A stretch of 34,802 nt of DNA from Blastocatellia bacterium. GTDB lineage: Bacteria; Acidobacteriota; Blastocatellia; Chloracidobacteriales; JADJPF01. The stretch covers positions 1-34,802 of the forward strand of contig JAHFUF010000003.1 of NCBI GenBank assembly GCA_023265235.1, given 5' to 3'. Positions 9,044 to 15,194 of the stretch are shown here, one piece after another. The number at the start of each line of letters is the position of its first letter. Positions within the stretch are counted from its first letter, which is position 1. Under the pieces are notes generated by a model. It was not told where the DNA came from, did not search any database, and worked only from the letters and a program-made list of their open reading frames with translations. The position numbers were made by a program, and so were the translations under genes.

Positions 9044-11185
9044 ATGCGAATGGTAATGTTATTGCTGGTGTTTTTATATAGTTTTAGCAGTGATATATAT
9101 GCTCAATCTAATGCAAAACCAAATGAACAAAAAAGGTCAGTAGTTGTAAAAAAAGCTGATCTAACAGTATTGCCAGCAAAAGCAAAGAGGTTTGCCTTAA
9201 TAGTAGGAATAGATAATTATCAAAGTAGCCAACTAACTAAATTAGGTGGTGCTGTAAATGATGCAAAAGCTTTGGCAGAAACGCTAGAAACATATGCAGG
9301 ATTTCCCAAAGAGCAAATTTATTTGTTGACCTCTTCTACAGGAAAAATAGGTGAAAACTTTTCTTCTGCATCCGAAGCCAATAGAGCAAATATTTTACGG
9401 ACGTTAGCGATTATTGGAAACTCTATTCCCAAAGATGGATTGTTGTTAGTAGCATTTTCTTGTCATGGAATGCAGCGAGATAAGAAAGGTGATAAAGTTT
9501 ATATTTTGCCTTCAGATGCACAAACTTTAACAACAGATTTGTTGGAAGAGACAGCATTAAATGTAGGAAAATTAAAAGAAAAGGTTCTTGCTACAGGAGT
9601 AGAGCAAGTAATTTTTCTAATAGATGCTTGTCGCAATGATCCAGAAGCAGGAAAAGGAGAAACAGACAATCTTTTAACCAAAGAGTATTTGAAAGCTTTT
9701 TCTTTTAACTATGATGAAAAAAATAAAGATGTAAATGCGTTTGCTACTTTTTTTGCTTCTTCCGAAGGAGAAAGAGCTTATGAAGATGCAGAAAAAAAAC
9801 AAGGCTATTTTACTTATGCTTTAATAGAAGGATTAAAAGGTGCTGCGGCTAACTCACAAGGAGAAGTGACTTTAATTAACTTAAAGAGTTATTTAGAAAG
9901 AGTTGTTCCTACAAGAGTGAAAAAGAGTACAGGTGAAAAACAACTACCAAAAATAGAGATTGGAGGATATAAATCAGAATCCTTAGTTTTATCAGTTATT
10001 CCTAAAGTAAATACGTCTAAACCACCAGAAGAAGAAGTAACAATCCCAACGGGTACGTTGATAATAGTAACAAAAGAAGCAGGCATAAAATTAGAGTTAG
10101 ATGGTGTTGATAAAGGAGTTAGTGTAGCAAATAATCAAGAATTAAAATTAAAAGGTCATCCTGCAAGAACAGTAACAATTGTAGCAAAAAAAGCAGGTAA
10201 ACCAGATAAAGTAGAAAAGTTTGAAATCAAGCCTGATCAAGACAACAAAATACTTATAGGATGGGATGAAATAGCTGTTACTCCAACAACTCCAACAAAT
10301 AATCCATCAGTCTCAACAGTCTACAAACCAGCAGGAACGGCAGTAGCTCCAATGATAAGAAGCTACAGCTATGAAACAGTAACAATAGATAGTAAAGGAG
10401 ATATAAAAAACCGAGAAAATAAGCAAGCGGGTTATTATGAGGAGGATTTAGGAAAAGGAGTAAAGCTAGAGATGGTGGAAGTAGCTAGTGGTGAATTTAT
10501 GATGGGATCGTCAGAAACAGAAGTAGATCGATTCAGTGATGAGGGACCACAGCACCAAGTAAGAGTAGAAGGATTTTATATAGGGAAATATGAAGTAACA
10601 CAGGGACAATGGAAAGCAATAATAGGAAGTAACCTTAACCCAAGCAACTTTAAGGGAGATGATAATTTGCCAGTAGAGAAAGTAAGTTGGGAAGAAGCAA
10701 AAGAATTTTGTAAGAAGTTGAGTGAGAAGACAGGAAGAGAATATAGATTGCCAAGTGAAGCAGAATGGGAATATGCAGCAAGAGGAGGGACAAGAACAGC
10801 ATTTGGGTTAGGAGAAACAATAACGCCAGGTGTAGTAAACTATAATGGGGACTATCCATATGGAGGAGCCACAAAAGGGGAATACAGAGGAAAAACAGTA
10901 AAAGTAGGAAGTTTAGGAATAGCGAATGGATATGGGCTATATGATATGGCGGGAAATGTGTGGGAATGGTGTGAAGATGGATGGCATGACAGCTATAAAG
11001 GAGCACCAACAGATGGAAGAGTGTGGGAGAGTGGGGCTGATAATAGTTACCGGGTCTTGCGTGGTGGTTCGTGGCTCGACTATGCTTACTACTGCCGTTC
11101 TGCCGTCCGCGGCAGGCTCGCGCCGGGCAACCATGACAACGTCGGGTTTCGGGTTGTTGTTGGGGCTGCGAGGACTCTTCAGTAA
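9044..11185 (+). CDS. DGR target protein 1: exported caspase-like peptidase + PEGA-like beta domain + FGE-sulfatase/C-type-lectin-fold domain ending in VR1
   Basis: Signal-like [20 protein letters not shown]. Caspase His in VAFSCHGM and Cys in [13 protein letters not shown]-type motifs [50 protein letters not shown] and [16 protein letters not shown]. The last 45 codons are the VR. Confidence 0.9.
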   Translation: MRMVMLLLVFLYSFSSDIYAQSNAKPNEQKRSVVVKKADLTVLPAKAKRFALIVGIDNYQSSQLTKLGGAVNDAKALAETLETYAGFPKEQIYLLTSSTGKIGENFSSASEANRANILRTLAIIGNSIPKDGLLLVAFSCHGMQRDKKGDKVYILPSDAQTLTTDLLEETALNVGKLKEKVLATGVEQVIFLIDACRNDPEAGKGETDNLLTKEYLKAFSFNYDEKNKDVNAFATFFASSEGERAYEDAEKKQGYFTYALIEGLKGAAANSQGEVTLINLKSYLERVVPTRVKKSTGEKQLPKIEIGGYKSESLVLSVIPKVNTSKPPEEEVTIPTGTLIIVTKEAGIKLELDGVDKGVSVANNQELKLKGHPARTVTIVAKKAGKPDKVEKFEIKPDQDNKILIGWDEIAVTPTTPTNNPSVSTVYKPAGTAVAPMIRSYSYETVTIDSKGDIKNRENKQAGYYEEDLGKGVKLEMVEVASGEFMMGSSETEVDRFSDEGPQHQVRVEGFYIGKYEVTQGQWKAIIGSNLNPSNFKGDDNLPVEKVSWEEAKEFCKKLSEKTGREYRLPSEAEWEYAARGGTRTAFGLGETITPGVVNYNGDYPYGGATKGEYRGKTVKVGSLGIANGYGLYDMAGNVWEWCEDGWHDSYKGAPTDGRVWESGADNSYRVLRGGSWLDYAYYCRSAVRGRLAPGNHDNVGFRVVVGAARTLQ
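11050..11182 (+). repeat. DGR variable repeat VR1
   Basis: Collinear with the TR (12765-12897) and the same length. Across the variable part there are 15 differences, all at TR adenines (e.g. TR AAC AAC AAT vs CTC GAC TAT). The 3' end differs from the TR at fixed positions (ctgcgaGGAc vs ctgcgaTGTc). Confidence 0.9.
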
Positions 11186-11247
11186 TTATCCGTACTCTTT
11201 ATCCCTATACACTTAAGCGAGCGAAGCGAGCGCGTGAAAAATTTTTT
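11186..11247 (+). repeat. conserved ~60-nt element immediately 3' of VR1
   Basis: ttatccgtactctttatccctatacacttaagcgagcgaagcgagcgcgtgaaaaatttttt recurs after VR2 and VR3 but not after the TR. It contains the direct repeat GCGAGCG-AA-GCGAGCG. Confidence 0.8.
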
Positions 11248-11282
11248 GCTTTTTGAGATTAATTTTGAAACTAGTGTAAAAT

Positions 11283-11636
11283 ATGCAAGAATTACCAATA
11301 ATTCAAAAAACTTATGACTTAATACTATGGTATGTACCAATATTGAACAAATTACCAAAAGATCATAAGTTTGCTATTGGAGAACGGATAATAAAAGGGC
11401 TATATGACTTGTTAGAACAGTTAATAATAGCTCGATATGCTAAAGACAAGCTTGGACTCTTAGAGCCAATTAACGCTAGGTTAGATATTTTACGCTATCA
11501 AACTCGCTTGCTCCTTAACTTAAGCTTAATGGCTTCTAATCGCTATGAGTATGTTTCTAAACAAATTAATGAAATAGGCAAAGATTTGGGTAGCTGGATT
11601 AAACAGCAAAAAACAAAGACAAATGAAGAAAAATGA
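11283..11636 (+). CDS. avd: DGR accessory variability determinant (Avd; four-helix-bundle / 23S rRNA IVS-protein family)
   Basis: A 117-aa helical protein. The N-terminus [31 protein letters not shown] is typical of bAvd-type proteins. Its stop overlaps the RT start (ATGA at 11633-11636). Confidence 0.85.
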   Translation: MQELPIIQKTYDLILWYVPILNKLPKDHKFAIGERIIKGLYDLLEQLIIARYAKDKLGLLEPINARLDILRYQTRLLLNLSLMASNRYEYVSKQINEIGKDLGSWIKQQKTKTNEEK

Positions 11637-12715
11637 AACGATACAATAACCTTTGGTCACAAATTACTGATTTTAAGAACATCTTTCAAGCAGCACGACA
11701 AGCACAGAGAGGAAAACGCTTTCGTGATAATGTGTTGGAATTTAATTACAATTTGGAGTCTGAGCTAATAGCCATCCAAGAAGAACTTACATTAAAAACC
11801 TACTTGCCTGGAGAATATAGCACTTTCCAAATAGTAGAGCCAAAAAAGCGAATGATTTCTGCTGCACCTTATCGAGATAGAGTTGTTCATCACTCACTGT
11901 GCAACATTATCATGCCAATATTTGAAAGAAGTTTTATCTATGATTCTTATGCAAATAGGCTAGGGTTTGGCACTCATAAGGCTCTAAGGCGGTTTACAGG
12001 ATTTTTACGATCTAGTCGCTATGTGTTTCAAGCCGATATCCAAAAATACTTTCCTAGTATTGACCATGCGATTTTAAAGGATCTAGTTCGCCAAAAAATC
12101 AAATGTAAAGACACTTTATGGCTAATAGATAAAATAATTGATGGTAGTAATGAGCAAGAATCAGCAAATTATTATTTTGCAGGTGATGATTTATTTACCC
12201 CTTATGAACGTAGACGAGGATTACCTATTGGTAACTTAACTAGTCAGTTTTTTGCTAATCTATATTTAAATAACTTTGATCATTTTGTTAAGGAAAATCT
12301 AAAAGCAACCAAGTATTTGCGTTATGTGGATGATTTTGCAATATTTAGTAATGATAAATATTACTTAGAGCAAGCTAGGTTAAAAATCTCAGAGTTTCTT
12401 TCTACACTAAGACTAAAGATTCACCCTATTAAAAGCCAAATATTTGAAACAAAACATGGAGCAACATTTCTAGGGTTTCGTGTTTTTCCTAACCATATCA
12501 GGGTTAAATCAGAAAACCTTAGACGTGCTCGTCGCCGCTTGCGCGGCCTACAAGAAGCTTTTTCAAATGGAGAAATAACCTTTTATCAACTTAGCCAGTC
12601 GATTTGTAGTTGGATAGCTCATTTAGAGCATGGGGACACTTGGCGATTACGTGAGCAGATATTTGATAAATTAATTTTTGTACAAGATAAAAAGCTAATT
12701 AATACAACTAATTAA
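11633..12715 (+). CDS. DGR reverse transcriptase
   Basis: RT motifs read: [44 protein letters not shown] (the IGxxxSQ signature of DGR RTs) and catalytic YVDDF. At 360 aa there is no maturase or endonuclease extension. A TR follows 49 nt downstream. Confidence 0.93.
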   Translation: MKRYNNLWSQITDFKNIFQAARQAQRGKRFRDNVLEFNYNLESELIAIQEELTLKTYLPGEYSTFQIVEPKKRMISAAPYRDRVVHHSLCNIIMPIFERSFIYDSYANRLGFGTHKALRRFTGFLRSSRYVFQADIQKYFPSIDHAILKDLVRQKIKCKDTLWLIDKIIDGSNEQESANYYFAGDDLFTPYERRRGLPIGNLTSQFFANLYLNNFDHFVKENLKATKYLRYVDDFAIFSNDKYYLEQARLKISEFLSTLRLKIHPIKSQIFETKHGATFLGFRVFPNHIRVKSENLRRARRRLRGLQEAFSNGEITFYQLSQSICSWIAHLEHGDTWRLREQIFDKLIFVQDKKLINTTN

Positions 12716-12764
12716 TATAGCTTAAGTTTCTACCTTGAAAGAGGTAGATTTGGGACATGTCACT

Positions 12765-12897
12765 CCGGGTCTTGCGTGGTGGTTCGTGGAACAACAATGC
12801 TAACAACTGCCGTTCTGCCAACCGCAACAGGAACGCGCCGGGCAACCATAACAACAACGGGTTTCGGGTTGTTGTTGGGGCTGCGATGTCTCTTCAC
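12765..12897 (+). repeat. DGR template repeat (TR)
   Basis: A non-coding copy of the VR sequence. It carries AAC/AAT at every position where the VRs vary (it would read ...[36 protein letters not shown]). The invariant segments contain no adenine at all. Boundaries are +/- a few nt. Confidence 0.9.
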
Positions 12898-13101
12898 CTA
12901 TCAGAACTAATAAATGGGAATTTATTAGGAGCATAACCGAAGAGTCCAGAACATGTTCCAGTGATAAGAGCAATCTTATCCGAAAACAAAACGATGTAAG
13001 TAGTTTGGTAAGTGGCAACACTGAAAAATTACTTACATTATAAAATTAATGAGTTTATGTTAAAAACTACGAACAGGTTATAATCATTAAAGGCAATATT
13101 T

Positions 13102-15078
13102 ATGAGAAAAATATCTCTAAGTGTCGTGATAACAATACTTATCAGTATAATCTATATACCTACAGCATTAATGCAGCAAAACCGCTCGCAAACTCCTGTG
13201 CGTGTGTCTACAAGTGATGGACAAACGACAGAACTTTATCAGGGTAGCTATGCTTTGGTTATAGGAGCTAGCGATTATGAGCATTGGAATAAGTTACCAG
13301 GAGTTAAAGAAGATGTAGTGGTTATAAAGGCAGCACTAGAAAAACAAGGGTTCAAGGTTGAAGAATTGTCAAACCCTACAAGTAGTGTGTTTGAGGTAAA
13401 GTTAAAAGAATTTATAACTAAATATGGATTGAAAAAAAGTAATCGATTACTAATTTATTTTGCAGGACATGGGGAAACTTTAACTACAATAGATGGAAGA
13501 AAACAAGGTTATATTGTGCTAATAGATGCTCCTAGACCTAACCAAGATGAAGCAGGGTTTAAGAGATTAGCAGTAAATATGCGGATAATAGAGAACTATG
13601 CTAAAGATATAGAATCAAACCATGCAATGTTTATTTTAGATAGCTGTTTTTCAGGAAGTATATTTAAGAGAGAAAATGAAAATAAAGTACCGCCTGTAAT
13701 AACTCACAATACTTTAAAGAGTGTTAGGCAATTTATTACTGCTGGAGATGAAAAACAAACCGTACCAGACAGAAGCATTTTTAGAAGATGGTTTGTAAGA
13801 GGATTAGAGGGAGAAGCAGACCAAAATGGAGATGGTTATATAACAGGTACAGAACTGGGGGATTTTGTAAAGAACCAAGTAACGAATGAAAGTAATCGTA
13901 CACAAACTCCACGTGCAGAAAAAATAATGGATGTTGATCTAAATGAAGGAGATATGATTTTCCCGCTAGATTTGTCTAGCAAGCGAAGAGAAGAAGAACA
14001 ATATTGGGCATCAATATCTAAAAATAGTGTTGGGCAATTAGCCGAATATATTGCGAAATACCCACAGGGAAAATATGTTAGTGAAGCAATTGGCATAATA
14101 AAGAAATTAGAGAAAGAACCGGCAGTTAATAATGTAACAGCATCATCAACAAGACCAACCTTTCCAGCACCATCAGGGAGAGTAGCCCCACCAACCTTTA
14201 GAAGTTATAACTATGATACATTGATATTAGATAAAACGGGAAAGGTGAAAGAGAAGCTAACAGGACAAGCTAGCTATTATGAGGAGGATTTAGGGGTAGG
14301 GATAAAGCTAGAGATGGTATATGTACCAAATGGTAGCTATGAAATGGGGAATGATGAAAAAGAAGGAGTAGAATTTATAAAAGAAGTAAAAAGATATTGT
14401 GAAAGTTGTTCAGCAGAAGAATGGGTAAATTGGGCAAAACCACAGCATCAAGTAAGAGTAGAAGGGTTTTATATAGGGAAATATGAAGTAACACAAGGAC
14501 AATGGAAAGCAATAATAGGAAGTAACCTTAACCCAAGCTACTTTAAGGGAGATGATAGTTTACCAGTGGAGAGCGTGAGTTGGGAAGAAGTAAAAGAATT
14601 TTGTAAGAAGTTGAGTGAGAAGACAGGAAGAGAATATAGATTGCCAAGTGAAGCAGAATGGGAGTATGGAGCAAGAGGGGGAACAACAACAGCATTTGGA
14701 TTAGGGGAAACAATAACACCACAGGTAGTAAACTACGATGGTAGCTATCCATATGAGGGAGCAACAAAAGGGGAATACAGAGGAAAAACAGTAAAAGTAG
14801 GAAGTTTAGGAATAGCGAATGGATATGGGCTATATGATATGGCCGGAAATGTGTGGGAATGGTGTGAAGATGGATGGCATGATAGTTATAAAGGAGCACC
14901 AACAGATGGAAAAGCGTGGGAGGGTGGGACTGATAATAGTCGCCGGGTCTTGCGTGGTGGTTCGTGGTTCCTCAATGCTAGCCTCTGCCGTTCTGCCATC
15001 CGCCTCAGGTACGCGCCGGGCGTCCATAACGACCTCGGGTTTCGGGTTGTTGTTGGGGCTGCGAGGACTCTTAAGTAA
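13102..15078 (+). CDS. DGR target protein 2: exported caspase-like peptidase + FGE-sulfatase/C-type-lectin-fold domain ending in VR2
   Basis: Signal-like MRKISLSVVITILISIIYIPTA. Caspase His in LIYFAGHGE and Cys in MFILDSCFSGS. The FGE domain is nearly identical in DNA to that of 9044-11185. The C-terminal 45 codons are the VR. Confidence 0.9.
   Translation: MRKISLSVVITILISIIYIPTALMQQNRSQTPVRVSTSDGQTTELYQGSYALVIGASDYEHWNKLPGVKEDVVVIKAALEKQGFKVEELSNPTSSVFEVKLKEFITKYGLKKSNRLLIYFAGHGETLTTIDGRKQGYIVLIDAPRPNQDEAGFKRLAVNMRIIENYAKDIESNHAMFILDSCFSGSIFKRENENKVPPVITHNTLKSVRQFITAGDEKQTVPDRSIFRRWFVRGLEGEADQNGDGYITGTELGDFVKNQVTNESNRTQTPRAEKIMDVDLNEGDMIFPLDLSSKRREEEQYWASISKNSVGQLAEYIAKYPQGKYVSEAIGIIKKLEKEPAVNNVTASSTRPTFPAPSGRVAPPTFRSYNYDTLILDKTGKVKEKLTGQASYYEEDLGVGIKLEMVYVPNGSYEMGNDEKEGVEFIKEVKRYCESCSAEEWVNWAKPQHQVRVEGFYIGKYEVTQGQWKAIIGSNLNPSYFKGDDSLPVESVSWEEVKEFCKKLSEKTGREYRLPSEAEWEYGARGGTTTAFGLGETITPQVVNYDGSYPYEGATKGEYRGKTVKVGSLGIANGYGLYDMAGNVWEWCEDGWHDSYKGAPTDGKAWEGGTDNSRRVLRGGSWFLNASLCRSAIRLRYAPGVHNDLGFRVVVGAARTLK
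14943..15075 (+). repeat. DGR variable repeat VR2
   Basis: Same length as the TR, with 16 differences in the variable part, all at TR adenines (TTC CTC AAT GCT AGC CTC ... ATC ... CTC ... TAC ... GTC CAT AAC GAC CTC). Confidence 0.9.
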
Positions 15079-15140
15079 CTACTTGTACTCTTTATCCCTA
15101 TACACTTAAGCGAGCAAAGCGAGCGCGTGAAATTTTTTTT
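15079..15140 (+). repeat. conserved ~60-nt element immediately 3' of VR2
   Basis: ctacttgtactctttatccctatacacttaagcgagcaaagcgagcgcgtgaaatttttttt is a near-copy of 11186-11247. Confidence 0.8.
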
Positions 15141-15194
15141 GGGTTTGTAAAATCGAAGTATTACAAATATTTATTTACTATTTGAGTATAAAAT

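Noticed and set aside
10650-11009. Conserved 119-aa antisense ORFs (10650-11009, 14543-14902, 28818-29177, all minus strand) inside the three FGE domains
   Set aside because: They are conserved only because the underlying DNA is a near-identical repeat. The products are Leu/His/Phe-rich low-complexity strings typical of antisense reading of purine-rich (GAA/AAA/GGA) coding sequence. The sense strand has strong, motif-rich FGE homology.
10440-11185. Whether the FGE-sulfatase domains are genuine formylglycine-generating (sulfatase-maturing) enzymes
   Set aside because: There are no sulfatase genes in the window, and the C-terminal segment that would hold the catalytic residues is exactly what the DGR randomises. 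This fold is an established DGR ligand-binding scaffold. For the two fixed copies in 15195-17720 I cannot formally exclude enzymatic activity.
10926-11216. 96-97-aa plus-strand ORFs in an alternative frame across each VR (10926-11216, 14819-15109, 29094-29387), and the minus-strand 65-aa ORFs opposite them
   Set aside because: They overlap the well-supported target-gene frame and arise from the GC-rich, stop-poor VR sequence. They have no independent start or RBS signal. A frame crossing a hypermutated VR could not be conserved as protein.
11172-11250. A GC-rich stem-loop downstream of the VR (the cruciform or hairpin described for some DGR targets)
   Set aside because: I tried several registers by hand on the conserved flank and found only a direct repeat (GCGAGCG-AA-GCGAGCG), a 2-bp GCGAAGC mini-hairpin and an A/T palindrome. 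None makes a convincing long stem, so I report the conserved element but not a hairpin.
11250-11282. A sigma-70-like promoter for avd (TTGAGA-N18-TAAAAT)
   Set aside because: The -10-like hexamer ends immediately before the avd ATG, so a transcript from it would lack the start codon or be leaderless. That is not supportable from sequence alone.
11633-12715. Whether the RT belongs to a group II intron or a retron
   Set aside because: There is no maturase (X) or endonuclease domain and no intron RNA domain V/VI-like structure nearby. The IGNLTSQ motif, the overlapping Avd gene and the adenine-specific TR/VR pairs all point to a DGR.
12800-13021. 73-aa minus-strand ORF covering the TR
   Set aside because: It is the antisense reading of the GC-rich TR plus downstream spacer, with no RBS. 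The region is fully explained as the DGR template RNA.
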